A stretch of DNA of 64,000 nt from Lophium mytilinum. Taxonomy: Eukaryota. The stretch covers positions 2,480,001 through 2,544,000 of the forward strand of contig MU004181.1 of the NCBI GenBank assembly GCA_010093605.1, in the 5' to 3' direction. A program made the translations under genes and the position numbers. Shown here piece by piece: positions 1 through 12,105 of the stretch. Numbering within the stretch: position 1 is the first letter of the stretch; every line of letters starts with the position of its first letter. The notes beneath the pieces were generated by a model that saw only the letters and a program-made list of their open reading frames with translations, was not told the origin of the DNA and did no database searches.

Positions 1-155
1 TATTCATAGTATCGTGCACACATAAGGATAATAGACGCCAAAGAAGGACAAGTCTATCGCTCCACTTCGCCCTTTACGCGGGGACTATGCCAGCCGTCAT
101 GTCCTCACTGTTGCATAACCCCAGCTCGTGATATGGCCAACACCCTTTCGGCAAT

Positions 156-910
156 CTACCACTTCGCCTCCTTCCGCGCCAAGAACTCTTTCAGGACAGT
201 CACATCCTTCTCCAGCGCCTCAAGCCATGGCACGAGCGCCGCCTGCACTTTATCTTGATCCGCGCCCAGCTTCGCATAGAAGTCCTTCCGGTACGGCGTC
301 GCGCCCATAGCGGCGCTGAAGATAGGTTTAATCAGGAAGGAGTGGTGCGGCTTGAGGGTGTTGGAGTAGGCGGAGCGGAAGGAGGCGGAGAGTTCTTCTG
401 AGGAGTTGTTTAGGTTGGCGCGGAGGGCTTGGGCGGTGAAATCGAGGCCACTGGTAACATGTTAGTTATCTGGTATAGGGAAGTCTGGGGTGGAAGGGGG
501 GCTTACCGGACTAGCCATAGGAGCCCCTCGGTGGCTGTGTGCTTCTTCTCCTTCAGCTCGTTCAAGACGAGGTCTTGGAGCGTCTCGGACAGAGTGGGAG
601 CGGCGAGTTGGCGGTCGCGGATCTTCTTGACGTTGCCGAGCATGTCGTTCTTGACGGGGTTGAAGGCCATGGAGCCTAGGACGTCTGCGGGGGGAGAGAT
701 ATTAGCATTGAAAACGAGCTCTATTACATAGACCTTGAGGATATTTCTGCAGTCTTGAAACCTACCAAACAGTGTAGTCAAGCTCTCCGCAGCCTCGAGG
801 AACTCGGTGGTTGGAACAGCATTGTCCTTCCCCGACTCGACTGGGACATCGACGAAGCTCTTCTTGAGCGTGTCGAAGAAAGTTCCGTTGGGAGGGTATG
901 CGGCAGCCAT
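156..910 (-). CDS. het-c2: Glycolipid transfer protein (GLTP / HET-C2 family)
   Basis: Three exons (910-766, 684-507, 450-156) joined by GT-AG introns give MAAAYPPNGTFFDTLKKSFVDVPV...FLEAAESLTTLFDVLGS...KNDMLGNVKKIR...ATEGLLWLVRGLDFTAQAL...AYSNTLKPHHSFLIKPIFSAAMGATPYRKDFY...KEAKW*, the standard GLTP signature. Confidence 0.93.
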
Positions 911-1223
911 GATTGCTATGCTTAATTGTATTTCTTTTGAGGTTATAAGGGAAAGTTTGAGGTTTCGTGGAGCTTGAAGAAGACGAAGCTCCCTTGGAAA
1001 GCGGTGTGCGAGGGGCTGGCGCGGGGGCCATCTCCAGACCAGACAGGGACCAGATCGGTCAGCTAGTGGGGCCGCACGTGCAAATATAGATAGCAGTGAA
1101 AGGTCTTGAGAATACACTATCATTACTTTATTTGAAATTCCCTCCAACTCCTGGCCAATCTAAATGGTATCAAATGCGCTGTGCTCGCTAAACAAAATCT
1201 TGAAACATCCCAGAATCTCTCAA

Positions 1224-2342
1224 TCATGCGAAAAAGCGAATCGCGAGCTTCTTCCCCTTTGGTAATACCAACAACCCACTGACGCTCTCTAGCGCTGTCA
1301 TTTTGTCACCAAATCCCATGCTGTCACTGAAATCTCCAGCCATTGTATTTGCGGCTGGGGTCAGGATCGACGCGACTGTGCTCGCTGTTTCCGGTAGTAT
1401 GGCAGCGGTTTTTGCAAGGAGGCTGGCGAGAACAGCCTTGAAGCTCTGCTGATCCAGGTCGCAGTTGTTGCCTTTTTCGCAGAACGGCTCGTAGAGGTTT
1501 CCGTTGAGAGTAAAGGTGTCTTTGATGTGCCCCAGGAAGCCATTGACGCGATCGATCCACTTGTGGTCGCCGGTCTGTGTTGCCATGACTGCGGAGCCGT
1601 ACAGGACTGTTGCGATATTGTAGCTCCATTCATTGTGGTTGACATCAATGCAGCCTGATCCCTTCGCGTCGTCCGTCCCATCAAAAACCGCGAATGTTTT
1701 CACGTCGATTAGACCAACACTGACGAGCCAGTCATACGCCGCGTCGGCAACTCCGGAAGCAGCTTCGTCCTTATTGTAAAGGGCGAGGCGGGCAGCTAAC
1801 TCGAAGTAGCCAGCCGTCGCAATGGTAGATTTGTAGTCGTAGCCGTCTTCTCCAGGGTTTATTTTCCACTTCATGCCACCCTTGCACCGAGTTGTGTCCC
1901 ATCTGCCTTTCTGCTCGTTGTAGACGTTTGTTGCAAAATCGACCCACTTCGGTTGTCCAGCAGGCGGGTCGGAAATCTTATATTCAGCAGCCGACATGGC
2001 GAGGCGTCCCCACCAAGCTTGATCGTCGTTTGCAACACCAACACCGGCCATCATGAAGTCATTGGCGGAAGTTGCTTGTGAAAGTATGCCCGCTAGAACA
2101 ATGTGCTCGTAGGAGGCATCACCGGTGTTGTGCTGATAGGAGACGAGAGCGCTCAAGGAATTTGCCGACTCCCACCAGAATGCGGGTGCAGGAAGCAGAC
2201 CAGCGGGGCACATAGACGCCAATGATCTGGCGAAATCTGCTGAGCCGGTCTTGATGGAGGGGGAATTTGTGGCATCGAGGGAAAAGGCAGTGGCCTTGCA
2301 AGCCAGGGCTGCAAGGACGAGCGTGCAGGATTGGGTCCACAT
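1224..2342 (-). CDS. Secreted glycoside hydrolase family 76 (alpha-1,6-mannanase, Dfg5/Dcw1-like)
   Basis: Intronless ORF with signal-peptide-like start MWTQSCTLVLAALACKATA, catalytic di-Asp motif NDDQAWW, CKGGMKWKI, YKSTIATAGYFELAARLA, WSYN and DQQSFKA motifs. Confidence 0.88.
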   Translation of the reverse strand: MWTQSCTLVLAALACKATAFSLDATNSPSIKTGSADFARSLASMCPAGLLPAPAFWWESANSLSALVSYQHNTGDASYEHIVLAGILSQATSANDFMMAGVGVANDDQAWWGRLAMSAAEYKISDPPAGQPKWVDFATNVYNEQKGRWDTTRCKGGMKWKINPGEDGYDYKSTIATAGYFELAARLALYNKDEAASGVADAAYDWLVSVGLIDVKTFAVFDGTDDAKGSGCIDVNHNEWSYNIATVLYGSAVMATQTGDHKWIDRVNGFLGHIKDTFTLNGNLYEPFCEKGNNCDLDQQSFKAVLASLLAKTAAILPETASTVASILTPAANTMAGDFSDSMGFGDKMTALESVSGLLVLPKGKKLAIRFFA

Positions 2343-4158
2343 AATGATGATATCGTGAAACAGTGGATAAAAGGACGTAATTAAATTCGAGAATAGCAAA
2401 AGAAAATATAACAACCGTGATCAAGAGAAGAAAACGAAAACAAACAGAGCAAAAGAGATTAGGAGATAAGGGTCTGGGCTGTGTTCTGAATGTTGTGGAT
2501 CCATGATTGGAATGCGATTCCATCATAACCTTTATACAACCTCAATTTCACCATTGGGGCTGAAAGCAGTTGAGATCGGCTCCGTTTAGGCGACAATACC
2601 TTACCGGATTGGAGGAATGGGAAATTGTGTAGTGGCCCAAGCCTCATCTGAGTCGTAGCAGACATCGTGATGGCCTAATCTGACGACCGCAGCACCAGCG
2701 TAGATGCAGCACAGAGAGAATCCAGACCACTAGAAGGCCAGAAAAAGATATTAAGGTTTTGGATCCGAGGCAGTGATCTTTCGAACTACTGAAGACAAGC
2801 ATGATAGACACTTCTGCTAATAAGGAGTGGGGGCTGGTGGTAGCCTATGAGAACTCAAGAGTCACAAGGGTCCATAGAACAGAGTAAGATTACAGTGCTG
2901 TGAATGGGTAGAATTAGGGTTAAGCATGAAGTGCGAGGTGGCACACGTCCGGGCCGTGTTAGAGCGTGGTGGTGGCAGAGCTGATGCTAAAATAGGATCT
3001 TAGGGCGTCCTATCTGAGGAGGCCGTCACTCGGAGATTACCGGCGTGAAGTCTCGCCGCACGTCGTATGAGAAGAGGACGAGGAGGATTGCGGCGAGGGA
3101 AGTAGGAGACGGGAGCGGAGTGGTCGGAAAAGAGGCGCGGTGATGTGGCCGTGCTGCTAGCGTGGAGGCTGGATAGATGGCGAGCGTGGAGCCAATGGCA
3201 CAAAAGGCCAGCCTCGCATAGCCCTATAAGGCCAGTATTACTCCGGCCAGCTATTGGACGGACGCCTGATTAAGGCAAGTCAGACATGCTTTGCTGAGAC
3301 TCAGGCGCCCTGTCGCCGTGCGGCGCTCACCCACGCACGGCTCCCCACGCTTGAACAAGTCGCCGCTCGATAACGAAGCACAGCCTGGCCAACTTGCTAT
3401 ACCTCTGCGTTGCGGGCTTTTGCAGCTTCTTCTTTCCGCCCCATATACCTGCGTGATGCTCGGATGGAAGAAGGCAAGAAGCTGACGTTTTCCGAGATTG
3501 AGAAAAGCAGACGCATGAAGAGGAGATGGAAAGGTAACCATTGTACTAAACCAAGGCACTCTGCTGCTCGTCGTCTTGGCTTCGTGCCGCTCTCGTAATG
3601 TGTAGGTTTTACTCCTCGATGTTCTCCACCACATCGATCCTAAGTGGTCTCTGCTGAACGGCAGATAAGCATGAAATGATGAAGGTGACAGAAAGTTTGC
3701 ATAGCTAGAGTAATAGCCCATGAAGTCTTTTTCAACTCAAGCCATCAACCCGCCTATCCCAGCTGCTCAAAAAGGTATGAATATTTCCACCTACCTAAAG
3801 TTGTCAAAACTTCCCTCTCCGGCAGGTCGCGAAGTGGGGTCAAAAGACCAAAGCCCCGCACTCGTCACTACTCACCAGCACATCTAGCCACTCAGTTGCC
3901 GTCGCGTCGCGCAGTTCCCTGTAAAAGCACGCCGGAATGAAGAGAAAGCTCTCCCGCTGCTCTAGCCGGGCTTCTCTCCGCCGAGTACCGAGTTATATAA
4001 ACCCGTTGGTCGATCACTGATTGCTGATCGAACGGCCGATCTCGGCACTGAGTGAACACTGCTTCATAGTGTATCGCTATCCTCGGTGTTTTTGAAATAG
4101 TTGCTTGCGTGTCGAAGCCTACTTTTGAAAAGACGACTTGTACGCCGATCCAGCCGTC

Positions 4159-5362
4159 ATGTCTCCCTCCACAATCCGCACGAAGTCCCGCGTCTTCAAG
4201 ATCGTCACCATACCCGGAGACGGCATCGGCGTCGACATCACAGAAGCCGCAGTTGCAGTTCTCCAGAAGCTCGCCGCGGTATCTGGGACCTTTGAGTTTG
4301 AGTTTACCGAGAAGGACTGGAGCAGCAAGAAGTATCAGGAAAGAGGCTACTACATGCCGGAGGACGGCCTGGATCAGCTGAAGAAGTTTGATGCCATCTA
4401 CTTTGGGGCTGTTGGATGGCCTGGTAAGTGAAGAATCCAATCGTGTTGCTATTTGCACACGTATTGAATGGGGAAATGTGTGCAGTGTCAGGTACGAAGA
4501 TTGCTGATTATGGCCGCGAATAGATGTACCCGATCATATTTCCCTCTGGGGCCTCATCCTTCCTATCCGAAATGCCCTCGGTCAATATGTAAACGTTCGT
4601 CCGACTCGCGTTCTACGAGGCATAACATCGCCATTGAAGGACTGCGGCCCTGGCGATCTCGACTGGGTTATCGTCAGAGAGAACTCTGAGGGCGAATACG
4701 CTGGTCATGGAGGAACCACGCATGGCGCATTTTCACACGCTATAGCCACCGAGGTTTCCATCTTCACACGTGTGGGTATCGAGAGGATATTCCGCTTCGC
4801 CTTCGAGACCGCCAGATCGCGGCCCAGGAAGAAGTTGACAATGGTGACGAAGAGCAATGCACAAAGACACGGCATGGTGCTCTGGGACAAGATCTTTACC
4901 GAGATAACCAAGGAGTATCCAGATGTTGAGACCGACAAGATGCTTGTCGACGCAATGACCGTAAGGATGACCTTGCATCCCAAAACACTTGACACGATTG
5001 TTGCAACCAACCTGCATGCCGACATCCTCTCTGATCTTGCAGCTGCGTTGTCTGGTAGCATTGGTATTGCGCCGTCGAGTAACCTGGATCCCACGAGGGA
5101 GTTCCCTAGTATGTTCGAGCCGATTCACGGCTCGGCGCCGGATATCGCGGGGAAGGGTATCGCGAACCCAATCGGCGCATTTTGGAGTGCGGCAGAGATG
5201 GTAAGATGGCTAGGGTTCACCGAAGCTGCAGATGGATTAATGGCGGCCATTGAGAATGTGACGGAAGCTGAAATTAAGACAAAAGATCTGGCAGGCGCGA
5301 GCGACACGAAAACCGTGACAGAGGCCGTGTGCAAGGAGATCGAAAAAGTTTTGCAGAAGTAG
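4159..5362 (+). CDS. Tartrate dehydrogenase/decarboxylase (D-malate dehydrogenase-like; beta-decarboxylating dehydrogenase family)
   Basis: Exons 4159-4423 and 4524-5362 give IPGDGIG, FDAIYFGAVGWPDVPDHISLWGLILPIR, RENSEGEY, TKSNAQRHGMVLWD, NLHADILSDL and [20 protein letters not shown]. Confidence 0.9.
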
Positions 5363-6032
5363 AACTCCGTGTATATAGAACGGGCGTAGCACTCACCATG
5401 CCCTCTAAATCTTCATAGTCTTTTGGCAAACGTGAAGTCCCAGGTATGACTCTCGTGTCTCCCTTCCGAGCCTTCTTCACGGGGATATCTTCTGGAAAGA
5501 TGAGATTCCTCATGATATAGAGAGCTTTCCCATCTACCATGGCTTTTGAAATTGGTCCAAAGTCGTTGCTATCCCTGCTTGCCGTCCAGTTGTCGCCCTC
5601 GACCCAAATGTGATTATGCGGCACTACGATCTTCACACTCCCGTCTGGACCCTTCACAACCCCATCATACATCCCACTACCCCCAGTATAGTTCTTGCGT
5701 AGTCCATATCCCCCGTATCCCCCCTTGGTTGCCGTAGCTCTGTCCCGGGGTATCACAGTATCGCCTTCCAAAGCTATAATCCTCTTGATGGAGATTTCTT
5801 CTGGGTTATGTGGCTTCCAAAATGTTACAATATCGCCTCGCTTTAAGTTCTGGCGAGGAAAGCTGCGCGAGAGCAACACACGGTCGTGAATGCCGGCGCT
5901 TTTCGACTTTGGGGAGAGAGTAGGCGTCATGCTCTCGCCTTTGACGGCGGTAGTACTGAGATAATTGTCTGTGAATAGGTAGAAGACCGAGCCTGCGACG
6001 CCCATGCGGTAGATAGTCTTCCAGTAGGACAT
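5274..6032 (-). CDS. Mitochondrial inner membrane peptidase (peptidase S26, IMP1/IMP2-like)
   Basis: GESMTPTL (catalytic Ser), RGDIVTF..P, SIKRIIALEGD (catalytic Lys), HIWVEGDN..SRDSNDFGPIS. Both ends uncertain: possible upstream exon near 6160-6223 and a GTGAGT donor at 5396. Confidence 0.85.
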   Translation of the reverse strand: MSYWKTIYRMGVAGSVFYLFTDNYLSTTAVKGESMTPTLSPKSKSAGIHDRVLLSRSFPRQNLKRGDIVTFWKPHNPEEISIKRIIALEGDTVIPRDRATATKGGYGGYGLRKNYTGGSGMYDGVVKGPDGSVKIVVPHNHIWVEGDNWTASRDSNDFGPISKAMVDGKALYIMRNLIFPEDIPVKKARKGDTRVIPGTSRLPKDYEDLEGMVSATPVLYTRSSTSAKLFRSPCTRPLSRFSCRSRLPDLLS

Positions 6033-6459
6033 ACTGACGTGAAGCAGCTCTGGTGGCTGTCAATAATCTGTGAAATGGGCAAGAGGTAGCTTTGCGTGCT
6101 CCGAGGTCTGAGCTCTTGGATCCAGGGTCTCGAAAATTTGCGTTATGTAATCAAATACTCACTTGACGCATTCTTCAGCTCATTTGATGGCAACTGATTC
6201 TCGTCTAGAACAGTCTTCTCCATACATTGGAAGATGATAGTGTGAAGCAGTATTCAAGAAATCGTGGAGAGACCATTGATTTCAGCATCGTCACCAAAGC
6301 ACCCGAGATATCGAGTATTTTCTTCTAAAAAGTACTGTCACATTGCAGGGTGTATAATACAGCATCTACATGAGCCTACATATGCACATCGCACCTAACC
6401 GCAGCCCCGCTGGCGCAATACAATGAAAATGCAAGGAATCGCACCCTAAAAAGACAAAT

Positions 6460-7970
6460 CTACTTCATAGCCTTGACGACTGCCTCTGCGTATTCATGTG
6501 TCTTAGCTTTGCCGCCAAGATCTCCAGTGATAGTCTATTTGTAGGTTAATATTCATGGTTTTCAAAGTGATAACGAGGGTTGACATACCTTGCCTTCCGC
6601 TAGGACCTTGAATATAGCAGTCTGGATCTTGTCTGCGTACTGGTTGAGGCCCATATGTTGCAACATCATGATACTACTTAGCAGCAGAGCCGTTGGGTTG
6701 GCAAGTCCCTTTCCAGCGATATCGGGTGCGGAACCGTGCACGGCCTCGAAGATGGAGCACTCGTCTCCGATGTTACCGGAGGGGGTTAGACCAAGACCAC
6801 CGATCAGACCAGCGCAAAGATCGGACAGAATGTCTCCGTACAGGTTGGGCATGACGAGAACCTTATCGTTGTAAGGGGTAGGATCCGTGACCATCTTCAG
6901 GCAAGTGTTGTCTAGAAGTTCGGCGTCGAATTCGATTTTGGGGTAGTTCTTGGCGAGGTCACGGGCGGTGCTGAGGAAGAGACCATCGGACATCTTCATG
7001 ATAGTGGCTTTGTGGACAGCGCGCACCTTCTTTCGTCCAACGTCCTCGGCATACTGGAATGCAAACTTGAGGACGCGCTCGGAGGCGTCCTTGGTGATGA
7101 GCTTGATGCTCTGTACGACACCGTCCACAACGACGTGCTCGATACCAGAGTATTCTCCCTCAGTATTCTCTCGGATCAACACGGTATCCACGCCATCGTA
7201 TGGTGTCTTGTATCCAGCGATTGACTTGCAGGGACGGACGTTGGCGAAAAGGTTGAATGTTCGTCGGAGGGTGAGATTTAGAGAGACATGGCCCTTGCCG
7301 ATGGGGGTCTGTGAGGTGTCAGTGAGGCCACGGAATATATGGCAGGGCTGCTAGTACCGCCAGCGGCCCTTTCAGAGCTACGAAGTTCTTCGTGACACTC
7401 TCAATGGCCTCATCTGGAATGACAGTCTTGCCGTCTTTGAGAGTGGGTGTAACGTCCACGGATTCCCACTTGATAGGCACCTTTGACCCAATTAGCTGCT
7501 GTGCAAGCGTCCGAGTGTAGATTTGTCCTTACTCCTGCGGCCGAGAAGATATCCTTTACTGATTGTGAGATCTCAGGCCCAATTCCGTCTCCCTCGATAA
7601 GCGTCACGGTGAATTTGCCCTGTACAATGTAGCCTTGTCAGTCATGTTTTGGGCCCAGCAATCTATCCTCGTTGCAATCCGTCCGGGAGTATTCGCCTTG
7701 GTTGGCTTACGTCGTTGCCTTTGGTGCCCTTGAACTTTGCGACTTTGTCTTCGGCGGGGACAGCGTAGAATCGCGATTGAGACTGGAGTTGAAGACATGG
7801 TCAGATACGGTACATTTTGAATAGAAGTATAGGGCAGCGGAAGCTCAATGGCGGTGGCTGAAGTCCATAGGACTAACCTGTGCAAGTGCCGGTATCCATC
7901 GCTGGGTGGCTGGGCTGGCGCGACGTAGGCATTGCCTCGCGGGCGCAGCAAAAGTACGGCAGGCCAACAT
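6460..7970 (-). CDS. IDH2: Mitochondrial NAD-dependent isocitrate dehydrogenase, catalytic subunit 2
   Basis: Multi-exon gene with presequence [17 protein letters not shown], then [54 protein letters not shown] and [10 protein letters not shown] (catalytic-subunit Asp residues), [13 protein letters not shown]. Confidence 0.93.
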
Positions 7971-8554
7971 CTCGAAGACGATACCAGTAGAGGGCAGAAG
8001 AAGTGCAGCAGTGTGCGGTTGCTGCAGGGAGAATTGGGGGCGGCGGGGGAGTGGGGAGAAGATGTTGTTACGGTGGTAAAAGCAAAGCTCTGAAGATCGA
8101 CGGTGCCAAGGCCTAACGGCGATTTAATCGCGACCTCCCATGCCCGGTCGCGGCATGCATTCAATACAAGAGGTGTGGCATAACTTCTTTAGCAAATAAC
8201 ATGTGAAATCTACGTTGATACCATATAGAAGCAAAGTGCCATTTAGTTAAATTTATGCTTCGAGATCATGTCAAGATTTGACAATAGACTTACCTAACCC
8301 CGGTTGAGGTTCTCTGGTACACATTAATGCTATAAAACAACAAACTGTAAGGCTCATTGCTTTCTGGGTCAATTCAGACGGTGCCAGAATGCCATGTTAT
8401 GTTCAACGGAGCATGCAAGCGAGAGATTGAACTGAAGCTGTGTTGATTCCATGCCGAGACGTTGCATTATTGGCTGATCTTCTCCAACATCGTGACTTCA
8501 GACCTTCGACACTAGCAACGACATCACCATCGAAGACAACTACAAACCCGCAAG

Positions 8555-11500
8555 ATGGCGGCTACGGAGGCCAAGCTGCAGAACTACTACAACATCTCAA
8601 CCCTCTACCCCTCGGAATGGCCAGCGGAGAAGGACGTGAGCTCCGACGATGATGAGGACTTGCCCAAGACATCCACTAGCAACCCCGTTCGCCGGTCAAA
8701 ATCGCGCTACTCTGTGCTGGAACGCAGTGGAAGCTATAGGAGAACTCTACCAGGAGCGGAGAAGACGCGCGATGGGCTCGAGAACCTCGTGCAGAAAGAT
8801 GAATCCGATCCCCTCGGCGCATTCCCGAGTGTGGTCCAGGTGCTCCGCCAGCGAGGGCTGCCGGTAGAGGATGATACCAAAATGAGTAGGTTGAGAACAC
8901 TGAGTACAATTAAGAAAATTAGCTGATTATTGCAGGAAACCGCTTCCTCCTGTCCTCCACGACCTTCTCCCCCGCCCTCTTTCTCTCACAGGTCCACAAT
9001 GACGACTCCACCGATCAGCTCCTGCGGGGCCTTGACTTCCTCTCGCGATCCATTGAGAAGAAATCAGCGTCCCTCAAGGTACTCGTCGAATCGAACTTCG
9101 AGCGTTTTGTGCGCGCCAAAGCCACCATCGACAACGTATACAACGAGATGCGCGAGCAAGGTGCCGCAGAGCCTGAATCCCCCAAACGACCGCACTCTCG
9201 CCATACTAGCAAGTCAGCCAGTCATGGCAGGAGCACCAGTGGCCCTCTGAGCCCCAACTTAGGTTCTAACAAACCGTTACCGAGTGATAAGAAGAAGAAC
9301 GCGCTGGTGAAGGAGAGTGAATATGGTGTTGCGGGTATCAAGGCACCCTTGCTAGAAGTGGCAGTCAAAGCTGAGGAGGTCTGGGGACCTGCCCTTGGTG
9401 GAAGGGACAAAGAGGAGACTCTGAAGGCCATATTGAGCTCCATGGAGAGAAATCGAGCCCTCTTCGAGATTGGAGCTTCACTTCAGGACGCAATCAAGCG
9501 CAAGGACCATGAAACGATCGTTGAAGACTATACACGAGCACGAAAATATGCAGACGATGCAAGGTCTATGGTCGAAAGTGCCAATTACCATCGGAAGCCT
9601 CTCGCAGACGACCAAGTTCACCAGATCATCGTCACCGCTCGCATGTGGGCAGATGTCGATGGTCAGATAGATTCCTTCAAGCGCGATGCATGGCGCACCC
9701 TGACTGGCATGCACTTTAACAAGCAGCAAGCAATGGCGGAAGACAAGCCCGAGGCATACATGGAGCTCATTTCCATTATGCTGGAGTTGGGTGTAGAAGA
9801 GAACCCCATCTGGTTTTGGCTTCTCAGCAGGTACGACTTCCTCAAAAACAAGATCGCAGCGACCTGCGAACGGTCAAAAGTCGAGATTGAGATTCTACGT
9901 CGCCATCTCGGCAATGGCGAGAAGCCTACATTGAGCATGCTCGCCTTGCATCTTCGCTCCGTCGGCTCGCAAGGCCGATCTGGAGACCCTGGGAAGATGG
10001 ACTCGGCCAAGGTTTTGGAATTCTGGGAGCATGTGCTTGGCTCTATGAATACCCTTCTCTCTACACAAGGTGGAGTTCTTGGTGAGGTTGTAGAGTACTG
10101 GGATACTGCAAGGTCCTTCATCGATGGCAAAGCACAAAAAAATCTCCCGATCGGTATAGACGGTAGTAGCCGCCAGCATCATCGCCTCTCCACAGACGGT
10201 GTTCGAGAGTTGGAGAAGGGGGTCATCGAGCTGATCAACGTGATCCGCGAGCATATCTTCTCATTCTTCTCCGACCCTCCTATCGACGATATATCTCTGC
10301 TATTTTCTCCACTACCCACAACCCCTCTTACTCCGAAAACACCAATGTCTGCTGCTCTCACGCCTCTCAATGACTCCCGATTCCGCTTCGACCCCAACAG
10401 CGCCCCTCCACCATCTCCTTCGCGTGGCGAATCCTGGGAGAAATATGCCTTCTGGCCACCCTACTCTAACGCCCTCAGCGGCGTCCACTATCTCGCCAAA
10501 ATTCTTGTTCTCATTGGCGCCGCTGCGAGCGAAATGGCATCACTACGATTGCCCGAGCGCAGTGAAACGGGAATGCGCATGACGGAACTACTCAAGTCTC
10601 TCGTTGGAGGGGTGCGGGAACGTTGTGTGTCAGCTGTTTGTGTCGCTTGGGACCTCGACGCCGACAAGGTCAAGGTTCTAGAGGATTGGACGCGCTCGTC
10701 GGAACGGCGGGACTCTACAAATCTGCCATCGAGGTTTATGGCGCTACAAAACGCTCTGCTAGGCAATCTGCAGAAGATTTTGTATGTCAGCGATGCGATG
10801 AGCAAGCCTGGCTCGACGGATGTCGTAGTGCCGCCGTCTGCGAAATTGTTGCAGATGGTGCGGAGTCAGTTTGTCACCAGCTTGTACAAGGCCCTTTCTG
10901 GAATGGTTGAGAATGCCGAAAAAGGGAGGGTGTTGGTTGATGATGACTGGGACGACGTGGCGGACGAGCTCACAGTACCAGCACAGAAGGCGGTTGAGGA
11001 CTCGAGTTTGAGTGGCATTGATGCCAGCAATCAGGTATGTCTTCTCAATTTTATACCTCATGTACCGCTCTCATTAGCGTCGTGTCCATTTCCTGCAAGT
11101 ACTACTTCTGCTGTACTTCATGTAATTCATGTACCCTAATCATAGCATGTCATATATACCACCGTTTTCCCAACCAAGAGAAACTATGCTAACGAACAAA
11201 CTCAGTCTATCCGTCTCCTCCTGACCCTCTCCACTCTCGCACACCTTAGCATGGACCAGATCCCTAACCTAATCTCCATTTTCGAATCGACCTTCTCCGT
11301 CGCCCTTACGGATGAAACGACCGCCATTCGCGACTCGCTTGCCAAAATCGACGCCCACCTATTCAAATCATATACGAAGCCGATCGCCGACCGCCTCGCA
11401 GCTACGATCACCACCGGCATCCAATCCCCCAATTGGGCGCCCACCGTGTCCCGCGGCTCCGACCGCAGCCCCTCTCCTTACGTCTACGAAGTTCTTCTTG

Positions 11501-11931
11501 ACTTGGTTATTGTGCACACTGAGGTTTCAACCACCGCAAACCCCCTCACGGGCCGCATCCTCAAGTTCCTGTTCGAGCACATCTCCGTCTGCCTCATCAA
11601 CACGTTCCAGTCGCGGCAGCGCTACACACTCGCGCACCTCATGCAAGCGACACTGGACGTCGAATTTTTGGCACAGACGCTGTCGACGTACACGACGGAG
11701 AAGGCGGCGGAGGTGCAGACGGAGATTTATCAAGTCCTCGACCAGCGGACGGATAATGAGGCGAGGGTCAAGCTGCAAAATGAACTGCCGAGCTTGAGGC
11801 TCATTTTGAAGAGGCTGAGGGAGGGGACGAGGAGCCAATTTGCGTGCTTTAGGAGGCCGAAGAGAGGGACAGTCGTGGACGGGAGGCCGGCAAGTAGGGG
11901 AATTAGTATTGTGTCGAGGGGGAGGGATTAA
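8555..11931 (+). CDS. SEC5: Exocyst complex component Sec5
   Basis: Exons 8555-8885, 8936-11034, 11206-11931; motifs DESDPLG, RNRFLLSSTTFSP.LFLSQVH, LKVLVESNFERFVRAKATID, YVYEVLLDLVIVH, LMQATLDVEFLAQTL. Confidence 0.92.
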
Positions 11932-12105
11932 GCGTAGACGACGAGTATTCAGATGTGGCCGGCAGCCGTTCTGTTTCGAGCTTGACCGTGGTTGTGCAGG
12001 CTTGAGCGTTGCCGGATTGAAATATTATACAATTTGATGATTTATATCCACCACATGATTCATAGCTGACCCATCGAGGGTCCAGCAACATTATTCCCAA
12101 TCTTT

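Noticed and set aside
156..910. GLTP/het-c2 as a partner of the HET gene at 27-29 kb
   Set aside because: Podospora het-c partners are HET-NACHT-WD40 proteins; this HET gene has no NACHT or WD repeats, and GLTP is a conserved housekeeping gene 26 kb away.
2450..4100. Short ORFs between GH76 and tartrate dehydrogenase (e.g. 3251-3721, 3410-3598)
   Set aside because: No recognisable motifs or coherent exon structure; treated as a divergent promoter region.
9663..10805. Long antisense ORFs inside SEC5 (and similar ones within IDH2, the ABC transporter, SPO7 and 4CL)
   Set aside because: Shadow ORFs expected from codon bias of the real genes.
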